Virus record (IMG/VR): IMGVR_UViG_3300034280_000607
Coordinates: 5,338-69,337 of that record
Length of the DNA stretch: 64,000 bases
Source: a virus
Direction: 5' to 3' (one strand)
Translations under genes and position numbers: made by a program
In this document: positions 30,701 through 39,100 of the stretch, in pieces
How the letters are laid out: each line of letters begins with the position of its first letter
How positions within the stretch are numbered: the first letter of the stretch is position 1
The notes under the pieces: model-generated
Databases searched by the model: none
What the model was told of the DNA's origin: nothing
What the model saw: the letters and a program-made list of their open reading frames with translations, nothing else

Positions 30701-30733
30701 ATCTGATGTATATTGATCTAAAGTTTGTGGCAT
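24764..30733 (-). CDS. large internal virion (cargo/ejection) protein
   Basis: 1989 aa, with N-terminal Gly/Ala-rich hydrophobic helices, coiled coils and a modular middle region. It lies directly upstream of the vRNAP and has a single Cys near the C-terminus. Confidence 0.7.
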   Translation of the reverse strand: MPQTLDQYTSDFQIDQFGASLTPQGPVDPVPDGKKSVDFLQASNFFNNKLSTSYVSQNENLFKQYRSVAEKGTEKVLNADYGFNPLIDNEDYYAQQQSGLEKFGKGLLKLPLYTATKLGSGVGFITGLINPFNWFDENGYISAVADNGISNFFDSWENDIKNQWLPAFQEAEDRNKGFFSRAFTDIDFWSEDVVDGLAFMASAWIPGMALSKVGAGVKAINALAKLGLATEGASSVAGTIEAVGATTNYFKNAVKYAEYLDKFNSWAIATSSEAMFEAKGVKDDIMKALENSSFTEDQKKRIAGDNARNAFLMNAALLGVTNVFELPLVSKILNKTEGVAKGIKGGLNFGEEVAVKEATTKVGKFLQSGYGRFSKDVVNGIFREGIIEENGQLAIQRFNTQYGTKGKVADMLDFNTYKGLGEQYYSQTKDAFFGEKTQESIETSTSIGLGGILGGGQTAIANRSQTAKNKLTTEEAVDYYNRAQQSWLKFGNIYETEEVTSKDENGNDIVIEKIKLDQSGQPIMDKQKLAGITSSVRSNAAAIDITDTDTNISRRNMVRDNAFADFVLAHINANMEGTLLKKLDSIAKSSPEDLAKLGFAVDDTLNEQLARYKTLASNIIKQNKIINNDIIFDGSKEDLARKARLTELAAQQAVYRGLAAEEQNKYNDIRNEMINSENSSLSDGLVDQLNAIKLRIISQEQYIKELKSSPDQLTKSQVTIAETLLDNLNDKLTQLKKNNETSVKTLSTFNNGLYQYEKEERNNIAFLNPLYKKMKYKGELDNHIESLGQEWGYYADFENGKKNFLDMFIEEQIRTPINNIVEEENKQAELPPATSPSGPTGSIPPAASNQTQATIDPDLSYSYQGSLYNIMMLGNDVIMMNVKSADENNSLSMTQEEFQKALAEGKVVPVKPPQTPKIESKPIATQQQPTSAKTYPDDLETFLQQEYNMAKEASEAQNIKIPSYAEWKKTAGVALTKLWMSKKGQQQSSNSTAPVSDVITDDIYNNYIDKNIIPNDVLNSIADKIIARESLSQRETAIFSGKTSEINEIIRKKASTAISVSDVEAEKQNITSSEFKELVKLVKFFLENPKEPTVVGSVVNKYPALFKAITDIERRRKEELKNLKEFELADSYILDYNRHYPSAKYKQDFKRMNELTAQKEKYEKIKKDFKYFEDQLITEDKINAKYDAELAALEGAKPAEETQELTVNVAKQIEQALIANQDIENIVDRVRDAGEIVEAFDWVLGSFPEAVVKEFAKGNISAREQLLSQVRSFIKQQEQGAEQVSEQQAPGSTLEKELEDLGNQLRKDLGFTTELRFMKPGSIGYDKEGNKYQVVSKKDKYGRSLEYRKNDGPEQSFNPKTASNQASSALGYYPEAFTKLYSKNPKSILDKYNQDKAIIEAKYAQMQTEPEVESEEQQEEDTSNDVKDFVQDINQYRTQSNKNNTLANAEYQEGYRQVAPSNSLANTTDIVNVVEFATNQIRYERGEVNKNYVFDVATSSFMPGHSVTFKVMVSGFEQVVNRLTGEKYDKSALYDENLNAIQNKYDFIPIGVFANIRGKETMIGTIHEPQWIEYKIREKYPHIAIPEDQLDQAVPEVVKQEVIKNRELRKLILDSYNKNHNFVIQGIVEDKSMGILRTTESIEPISKRLNPRIAEGGIDNRHGVFAIVRDGSIQSDRNVAVDNIIATETFSPQNIADYQGVAVLMLPTPVGQWYPSFIKLPNVSVDQANFIIEAWKAFTGQTNNPEMIDAVYEAMGLTRSADGFAIGILRQYIDHYITQVDSKNISRTGNGTDVRPGSARINITTNGELELQVKDVNGEWFATKQPITKAEQLPVDYLYKMTNLRTTIKFTNVKNDSLKGINSTEKATILSIINGKLVKEKMMYNQYIMDRAGTFVDKGIQSKNAFSDWVYFANPVVKMGVTGVTDPNEGIQEQKETTPAPTVEQVNTPREDKGAALLAALKAKKLQEQQVEEQKENCSGLRGKLDKIM

Positions 30734-30737
30734 GATT

Positions 30738-33254
30738 TTATTTTAAACTTTCTACAAGTTGTACAGCTTTATCTGGGTATTGTCCCAGATTTCCTATTTG
30801 AGTCACAAGCTGTAAAGGATCAGACATACTGCCAAGCAATGGAGTTTTGTAGTTATTTCCATCATATAAAAAATACTCATAGTTTACTGACTTAGTACCG
30901 TCAGTACCAGGATATTCTCGGGTAATTCTTTTCCACTGAAAATCATAAGGAAGATTACCAATTTTAAAAGGAGGGCTTTCTAAAATATGAACACCGTTTC
31001 CTAAATTCTTTCCTTTAAGTGGAGTGACTGCAGCCTCGTAAATAGCCTGTTGGGTAGGAGAAAAAGTAGATAGTATGTTCATCCCTTTCATACCCTTTAC
31101 ATAAAACAGATCATTTGTCTCGTCATAAACAACATTTGCTCTTCCTTTAGTAAGATTAAGAACTTCATCCCTAGACATTTTGTCCGGAGCACTCACAGCC
31201 AGGCTACCACTGAGAAGATCAACCCCACGTATTGTCATATTCTTACCAAAGATCTGGTTAACATCACCTTGTCTATCTTTAAAAAAGTTAGAGTTGGCAT
31301 CAAACAAAGCAAGACTGTTATTATTAATAACATCAGATGAATATATATTATTACGTGTATTTTTTATATTTTTAAATTCTTTTGATTCATATAAATTACG
31401 AATGCTTTTAACAGCATTAACAACTGCAGGATTCTTATCTGTAAGTGGAACCTCTATACCATTAACATTAATGGATTCAGTACCTGAAGAATAAACACTC
31501 ATACCTGGACCACTGAATGTGCTACCTCCACCTACACTGTTAAAAGTTATAGAACCGGACAACATACCATCAAAAAGTTCTTTATTAGTTATTTTTATAG
31601 ACTTACCATTTTTACTAAAAACAAGATCTTTTCCATTATTAATAGCACTAATTTTTTTATCTAGTACATCATAATCAGTTCCAGCTTGCTTTTTAACTTC
31701 AGCATTTAATTGGTTCTTAGCATTTTCTAAAGCTGTAAGTTTCATCTGAGCTGGAGAAACAGCACTTTGCCATTGCTGAAAAGCCTGAAGGTCAGCCAAC
31801 ACTGCAGTTTCTACTGGTTTTTTGGTATCACGGTAACGATAACCAATAAGTTGGTTATTTTTGATTACCGGTTCCATATTACTTGTAAGTGAAGAATACT
31901 TATCTACAAAAGCTTTTACAGTGTTGGCATCTGTACCTTGACCTGTAGTAGCTAAACGAGAAACAATTAACTGGTCTGCAGCAGATATTTGTTCTCTGGC
32001 TGCAAGAATATCCTTCTCTACTCCAGAAACACCATAAGATGTAATGTTAGATGTTTTTAGCACTACACTATTACCAGAAAGTGCACCGCCTGTAATAGTT
32101 GTACCAGCTCTTTTGAGCTCATCTTCTTTCATCATTTTTTTCCACTGAAAATCCTGTTCATTTTTTTGACGAGCCCACTGCTGCTGATTAGAAAAAATTG
32201 TCTTCCATATCTCACTGGCCTGTACATCATACTTCTCATCATGACGTTCTGCAGCTTTACCAAACTGATCTATCTTTTCTGAGTAGTAAAGATCCGATGC
32301 CACCTTATCTTTTATTCTATTTAAAGTTTTAGGATCTGCAGAAGTAAGAGCAGATACACTATTATTAATATCCTCAATACGATTATTATAATAATCCATT
32401 GCAGATTGTACCTGTTTCTTTTCATCATCAGTTTTAGCCAGCTTCATCTGCCCATCATAATACTTAAGCTGGGTAGTAAAAGACTTAATCTGACTACTAG
32501 CTTTATCAGTATAAGCTGTAATAAGAGCATTAGGAGAAGAACCATATTTTACAATACCCTCTATTTCAATCTGTCTTTTTTCTTCTGGTGTAAGTAAACT
32601 TTCTAAGTAACGTTTAAACTCCTCTGAATTTACATCTGTAGTTTCCTTTGTTACAATCCACTGACCATTAAGATTTTGTGGTAAAGGCTTTTTAACAGTT
32701 GGCTTAAACTTTTCATAAGCCATCTCAAACTTAGCTGCATAATTCTTATATGGAGAAAAGTAACGTTTTTCTGCCATATAATTTCCTACTGATTCAGGAG
32801 TATCTCGGGCAAATGCGTTACGCTGCATTCTGACATAGTCAAGATTGTCTTGACTAAACTCTTTACCACCATCTTTAAGTCTATAACTTTCTGCTATAGC
32901 TTCCTGCTGATCCATGTGTGCAGTGAATGCCATATCCATTAATACTTCTCTATTTTGCACAAAAGGTTCAAAGACACGTCTAGCTGCTTCAACATTTTGT
33001 TGCTGAGAAAGATCCATTGCAGATATGTCTTTAAGATTCTTTTTTGCTTGAGATAGGAATTTATCTCTAACATCAAGATTGTATGGATTAGTAACATTTC
33101 TGTTTATAAAGTTGTAGTTACTACTAACTTGTGCAAAACCTTGATCATACATAGATTGTCTTCTTCTTAACATTGTGTCAAGAAAAGAAAAATTTGGTGC
33201 ATATCCAGCACTTTCAGGTAAAACATCCGTTATATTTGGTAAATAAGTTGCCAT
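30738..33254 (-). CDS. internal virion (cargo) protein
   Basis: 838-aa helical protein with no Cys seen, in the cargo gene block and preceded by a conserved promoter-like element. Confidence 0.6.
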   Translation of the reverse strand: MATYLPNITDVLPESAGYAPNFSFLDTMLRRRQSMYDQGFAQVSSNYNFINRNVTNPYNLDVRDKFLSQAKKNLKDISAMDLSQQQNVEAARRVFEPFVQNREVLMDMAFTAHMDQQEAIAESYRLKDGGKEFSQDNLDYVRMQRNAFARDTPESVGNYMAEKRYFSPYKNYAAKFEMAYEKFKPTVKKPLPQNLNGQWIVTKETTDVNSEEFKRYLESLLTPEEKRQIEIEGIVKYGSSPNALITAYTDKASSQIKSFTTQLKYYDGQMKLAKTDDEKKQVQSAMDYYNNRIEDINNSVSALTSADPKTLNRIKDKVASDLYYSEKIDQFGKAAERHDEKYDVQASEIWKTIFSNQQQWARQKNEQDFQWKKMMKEDELKRAGTTITGGALSGNSVVLKTSNITSYGVSGVEKDILAAREQISAADQLIVSRLATTGQGTDANTVKAFVDKYSSLTSNMEPVIKNNQLIGYRYRDTKKPVETAVLADLQAFQQWQSAVSPAQMKLTALENAKNQLNAEVKKQAGTDYDVLDKKISAINNGKDLVFSKNGKSIKITNKELFDGMLSGSITFNSVGGGSTFSGPGMSVYSSGTESINVNGIEVPLTDKNPAVVNAVKSIRNLYESKEFKNIKNTRNNIYSSDVINNNSLALFDANSNFFKDRQGDVNQIFGKNMTIRGVDLLSGSLAVSAPDKMSRDEVLNLTKGRANVVYDETNDLFYVKGMKGMNILSTFSPTQQAIYEAAVTPLKGKNLGNGVHILESPPFKIGNLPYDFQWKRITREYPGTDGTKSVNYEYFLYDGNNYKTPLLGSMSDPLQLVTQIGNLGQYPDKAVQLVESLK

Positions 33255-33256
33255 AC

Positions 33257-33306
33257 TCTACAATAATAATATAAGATAAAATCTTATAAGTTTAAAATTA
33301 AACTTA
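33257..33306 (-). promoter_or_regulatory. putative phage late-promoter element, copy 1
   Basis: 40/50 identical to 47053-47102; both sit directly upstream of (-) strand start codons. Confidence 0.6.
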
Positions 33307-33312
33307 TAATGT

Positions 33313-36174
33313 TTAAAAAGGATAAACATCTGAGCCAATTAATCCACCCATTTTTCTATTAAGCATATTTAATCCACCTATGTTATTCATATTAAAAGGT
33401 GTTAAATAATTATCAGGTACTCCTCTTCTAGAAAATGTTGCTCTATCAGGATAACCATCCATATCATTATCCATATAAGAAGTAGTTCCTCTTCCACCTG
33501 AAAAAACTTGATCAGCCTTTCGTTCAGCAAGTGACTCACTATAACCTTCTTGCATAAACTTATTCTTTAAATCACGAAAAGAATTAGTAGCTGCATCTGC
33601 ACTTTGACTGCCTTGTTTGCCTAAATTATATCCTCTTTTAGTAAAATAGGACTTACCTGTAAAAGGATCAATTCTATACATAGGATTTACAGCATTGATT
33701 AAACCTAAGTTCATTCTATTATTAAAAGCCATAGCAAACTTATCACCTATATTAGTTCTATATTTAGCCAACGCATTATCAAACTGTTGATTAGAAATAA
33801 CTCCAGCATCATAAAGATCATTAGCTCTTTGCATAGCTAATAGATTTTCTTTACCCAAAATATCAGCATTAATACCCGCAAACTGATTAGCTACACCTAC
33901 ATTTTGGTTTTGAACTCTACCTATAGTGTTAGCAACTCCTTCACCTAAACTTCCTTGAAGTTTGGAAACATTTGCCATATATGCTTGTGGATTACCTATT
34001 AAAGCAGCACTTTGTGCAAACATATTGGCGGCTTCATTTTGTGCAGCTATTTCTCTATTAGGGTCATAGAAAGTAGGTTTAACTTTTGGTAAATTTACTG
34101 GTGCCTTATATGGAAGATATTTTTTTGGTTTGTTTATAGCAGCAATTCCTAAATTAATAACATCTGGAAGCATATAACCAAAAGGAGGTTCTTCATTATT
34201 GTATAAAGGTTTTTCTCCAGGAGGAGTATAAGAAGGTTTATCTTTAGCAGTAGATTGACAACTTGCAGCAGCTTCTTCCTTTGTAGAAAATGCACCTGCT
34301 GCAGATCTTGCTTGTTCATCTTTAAAAGAAGACGATACTATAACAGGTGAGTTTGAATTATCTAAACCTTGACATATAAAACCTAATACAGGTTGTGAAG
34401 TAACTGCTGTAGCTTGAGTAGGTTCAATATCAGGTGCACTAAAGGTGTATTCACCAAATTTATCATCATAAGCTCTAAAACTATTTTTTTCAGAAAAGTA
34501 TGGTTTCATCCCTTTTTTTACACGTTCAGCATCATACCATCTTTGAAATTTCTGAGTCGCTCTTTTCACTCTAGGATTCCATCCTGGATTTTCTGAAATA
34601 AACTTTTTTTGACGTTTTACAAAGTCAGCCATGTTCTCTACACTGGTCCAATCTTCATCACCATATACACCGGTTTTACCTTTTATAGTATTCTGCATAG
34701 AAGGTAAAGTAAATCTTTGAGCATCATTAGCAAGATCTCTAGCATTAATAGGAATATTTACAGTGTATTTTTGTTTTAAATATTCTTCAAGAAGCTTTCT
34801 TTGTTCATCATCCCAAACAGGCACGCGATTATTAGAAACAGTACTTGAACCTTTACTTCCTTGAAACTTTGGAAGAGCACCTCCATATTTGGCTTGATCT
34901 AATCCAGCTTCATTCTCATCTTCTAAAAGACCTTGTGACACAGAAGGCACACCTTGTGGAAATCCTTTCATAGATTCTTGAACCATTGCTAAATATTCTA
35001 ATTTCTTTTGATAGTTTTCTATCATTCTATTAGCAGTGTTTAATAAAATATCATCACTTGTAGGATCTTCTAAAATTGCTATATATTTATTTACATCATA
35101 TTTTTTAGCAATTTCAGCAGGTGTATAACCACCTTTTTTTTCTGGCATTCCAAAATAACTAAGTATTTCAGGATCTTTGATTTTCATTTTCTGTGTGTCA
35201 GAAAAAATAAAGGTTCCTTCAGGTACATTAAGAGGCACACCGCCTTTTGAATGTCTTGGACCTACAATTTTTTTATGAAGTTTTTTACCATCGTTATTTA
35301 GATCACCATAAATAGTTTCACCACCTTCAGCTTCAATATTAGCTTCATTTCTAGGTACAGCAGATATAGTATTACTATATGATTCTGATTTTGTAGAAGG
35401 CATGTCAGTATATATATCACGAGATCCTAGATCAAGTCCACTTCCTGACTGACCACCGTATGCCATTGAAGGCTGTTTTGTAATACGTATTTTCATAATT
35501 TCTTGATTTTCACCTCCATATTGAGCAAACATTCCTTTATTAACAACATAGTCATTAGGTCTAAATTCTCCAAAACGAGATCCTGTAGTTACATAATCTC
35601 CATCAGATCCTTCTACAGCATTAAAAAGAGCATCTGAGTTCATTTGATTTCTTTTCCATTTTGAAAAGTCAGTATCTCTTTTTTTACGATTAATATCATC
35701 CATAATAGAAGAACCTAAAATAGAAGCACCTTTAATTACATCACCTAGTTTTTGAAAATCAGCTATGTAATTACGTTTAACATCAGGTTTTGGTATTTTA
35801 AAATCTGAAATGGTAGGTGCATCATTTGCTGTTTTATAAAACGTTTTAGATTCACCAAAGTTTCCAAATTGTTCTTTACTACCATCTGCATTAACAACTT
35901 CATATCTAGGAGTTGGTGCAACTCCTGTGTTAAAGTTTTTCCATACATAAGATCCTCCCATATCAGGAAGAGGTCCTTTATTCTCTTTGTCAGTGGCAGG
36001 GATAGATGTACTAGCATTTGGCACAGTACCCATGTCAAAACCTTTATATGGCCATATATCATTAGACCAATTAGAAGCTGTTGGTAAATTAAAGTTACCA
36101 ACTGAATTAGGAGGATATTGACTATTTTGCCACTGTGCTTTAGGCAATCCTTTTTTAGTAATACGTATTTTCAT
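33313..36174 (-). CDS. internal virion (cargo) protein with xxGG linkers
   Basis: 953 aa with an EAEGGET...HSKGGVPL domain, a duplicated MKIRITK start, and AQYGG, MAYGG, AKYGG and RKMGG motifs. Confidence 0.65.
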   Translation of the reverse strand: MKIRITKKGLPKAQWQNSQYPPNSVGNFNLPTASNWSNDIWPYKGFDMGTVPNASTSIPATDKENKGPLPDMGGSYVWKNFNTGVAPTPRYEVVNADGSKEQFGNFGESKTFYKTANDAPTISDFKIPKPDVKRNYIADFQKLGDVIKGASILGSSIMDDINRKKRDTDFSKWKRNQMNSDALFNAVEGSDGDYVTTGSRFGEFRPNDYVVNKGMFAQYGGENQEIMKIRITKQPSMAYGGQSGSGLDLGSRDIYTDMPSTKSESYSNTISAVPRNEANIEAEGGETIYGDLNNDGKKLHKKIVGPRHSKGGVPLNVPEGTFIFSDTQKMKIKDPEILSYFGMPEKKGGYTPAEIAKKYDVNKYIAILEDPTSDDILLNTANRMIENYQKKLEYLAMVQESMKGFPQGVPSVSQGLLEDENEAGLDQAKYGGALPKFQGSKGSSTVSNNRVPVWDDEQRKLLEEYLKQKYTVNIPINARDLANDAQRFTLPSMQNTIKGKTGVYGDEDWTSVENMADFVKRQKKFISENPGWNPRVKRATQKFQRWYDAERVKKGMKPYFSEKNSFRAYDDKFGEYTFSAPDIEPTQATAVTSQPVLGFICQGLDNSNSPVIVSSSFKDEQARSAAGAFSTKEEAAASCQSTAKDKPSYTPPGEKPLYNNEEPPFGYMLPDVINLGIAAINKPKKYLPYKAPVNLPKVKPTFYDPNREIAAQNEAANMFAQSAALIGNPQAYMANVSKLQGSLGEGVANTIGRVQNQNVGVANQFAGINADILGKENLLAMQRANDLYDAGVISNQQFDNALAKYRTNIGDKFAMAFNNRMNLGLINAVNPMYRIDPFTGKSYFTKRGYNLGKQGSQSADAATNSFRDLKNKFMQEGYSESLAERKADQVFSGGRGTTSYMDNDMDGYPDRATFSRRGVPDNYLTPFNMNNIGGLNMLNRKMGGLIGSDVYPF

Positions 36175-36178
36175 AATA

Positions 36179-39100
36179 TTAAATTATTTCAAATTCATAA
36201 CCTTGTTGACGTAACATCTCAGCTTGTTCAGGTGTCACTTCCATTTCTGCACCATTTACTAAACCTCCAGTTTGATAATTAGATCTTTCATACAAATCAT
36301 TTATATTTGCTTGTGCTCTTTTATTAAACTTATTCCAAGGCATTGTTGTACCTGGTTTCATTTTAGTACCTATTCCCATTATAATCTCTTCTTCTTCAGC
36401 GGCATCTTGCAAAAGCTTAGCCAACTTTTTATCTGTTTTAGCAGCTTGAGCTAATTTATTCATATCATATTTATATTGTGCCGCAACTTTTCTAACAGAA
36501 GGCATAAATTTATTAGCTCCACTAAACAAGTTTTCTAATGTAAGTTCTTCAAACATAGGATTACCTATATTTCTAGACATAGGATTTAAAGACTTCATAC
36601 GTATCAATCTACCAAATGCAGGAAGTTTATTAACTAATCTATTTGCATATGGTATCATTGATGCTCCAGTTATCAAAGCATCACGAGCATCTCCTTTACC
36701 TGTTAAAATTTTTCCAGAACTTGATGCAAATGCTAAAGCAGGTTCTGCAATTAAATTATTAAAAGCCCATGCTCCAATAGCACCTAATGGATTATTAGGA
36801 TTATCTCTTAATGACATAGCAGCAGCATCAGATCCATACGCTCCTGTATTCAATTTATTCTGCATAACCTCAAACATGTTTGGCTTATAATCATCAGCTT
36901 TATCAACAATCATGTTTGCATTTGGATTAGCTGATTTGTATACATTTGTAGCATATGTAAAAAAATCATTATTTGCTTCTTTATCAGAAGGATTTACAGA
37001 AGGATTTGCAGAAGAACTTCTAGATTTTTTACTAGGAAAACTTTTAAATTCTTTAGTATATGGCTTACTTGAAAGCATACTTAAAAGTTGCATATTTTGA
37101 TCAGATGTTCCTATGTAGTTTTTAATTCCTTTTTCAGAAGCAATTTGTTTACGTGTATTAAAATCAGAAGCAAGTCCCATGCTATTTAAATAATCAACTA
37201 TACTTACACCTTTATAATTATTTGATTTTTTAGAAGGCTTTTCTTGAACAGGAAGTCTAACATCTAATGGTCTACCCTGAAAACTTTGAGGTGCTGGATA
37301 TAATTCAGATAGAGAAGGATCAGACGTATATAAATCCATATTATCTACTCCAGATTGTTGATAAGCAAGTAAAGCTTGTCTCCAAGAATTATAATCTGGA
37401 TAATCCTCTAATTGAGGTTGACCACCATTTTGATAGAATGCATTACCACTAAATGTAGACCCACCCTTTTTATATTCTCCTTTACGTATTTTTTTCCATC
37501 TATCTTTTTGATATTCATCTAAACGTTGTAATTCTAATTGAGCCCCTGTAAGACTCTGATTACCATATGTAGGAAATAACTCACTATTTGGTGTTAATCC
37601 TATTTTTTCACCTGCTCGTGCTATTTTACTGTACACATATGCTGGCATATCAACATTTAGTTTATCCCACATAAGTTTAGGACTAGATTTAATAATGTTC
37701 CAAAGTTGTTCTTCTGAACTGGGATAATCACTTCCAGGATAAAAAGCAGAAATTGGTTTAGATGCTACATATGTATTATCAACAAGTGCTTTATTTCCAC
37801 CTTTTTGCATTTCCACCAGACCACCTTCTTGCCAAGTCTTTCTAGCAAACGCTCTAAAGAAAGGGTTATTCTCTAAGTTCTTTTTATGACGAGCATAGAA
37901 AGCTGCTTTACGTTTTGGGTCTTTAGGATGCTGACCTAACTTAGAATCACCAAAGTATTTAACAGTTCCATCAGGACCAGTCACTTTATGTGTTTTACCT
38001 TTACGATCATTACTTCTTGTAACAACGTATCCACCGTTAGCCATCATATCTTCCATATCCTCTTCTTCCATTTCTTCTCCATCACCTTGAGCTTCAGGGT
38101 TATACATCATATAATTAGTAATAGCATCAGCTGAATCATCCATAACTGCAAGTTTAGAAGCAATCCATGGATCTAAGTTTTTATCAGGAGATATAAACTG
38201 ACGAAGCTTGTTCATCTTATCTGAAACAGCCATCATTTGACCTAGTGCCATGCCACCATTAGGTTCACCACCTTCTTCCATCATTGGATTATAATATCCA
38301 CCATATCCCATGTTAGATAATATTTTAGCCTGTACATATTCAGGTAAGGCTTCAAATCCTGGGTTGTTTGTTCCTCCGTATTTCATTTCTTTAGATTTTA
38401 TTTTATGTTCTTGTTTTAGCATTTCTTTAGTAGGTTTCTTACCTGAGCCTTTATTAGCTCTAATGTTATCCCAGAGTCCTCTCTTAGAATAACTACCATC
38501 TTTGCGTTTAATCATTTCTCCACCATTTTTCATTATAGGATATTCATCTACATAAGATGCACCACTAAAATTATAGTCTTGTCCTGGATACATCATTTGT
38601 TTTTCACCATTAGAACCTACACCTAGTACAGGATAGGGTACACCTTGCATAGTTATATTAGGACTAGATATACGAGTTACTTTACCTGGATGTGCCCATT
38701 GTCCTCTATTGTCTTTTATTACACCACCATTTTTATTTTTTGATAGAAAAGACTTAAAACTCGAATGAATTGCAAGATCAGGAAACTTAATTTGATTTCT
38801 TTGTGCGTCAAAATATATGTTATCTAGTTCATTATCAACAAACATTTTTCTAAACTTTTCAACATCTAATTGATTTTTATAATCTAATCCATGATTTTTC
38901 ATAACACCTCTCATCTCATTACCAAAGCTTTTCCAGTCAGAATTTAAAAACCAACCATCAATAGGATATAAATCTTTACTATTAGCTATGAGTTCTTTTG
39001 CTTCATTTCTTATTCTAGGGTCAATATCATATCTTGGTAATCCATAAAATTCTCTTTGCTGTTTATAAGAGAGCCCACTGAGATAGTCTTTTAATTCGTC

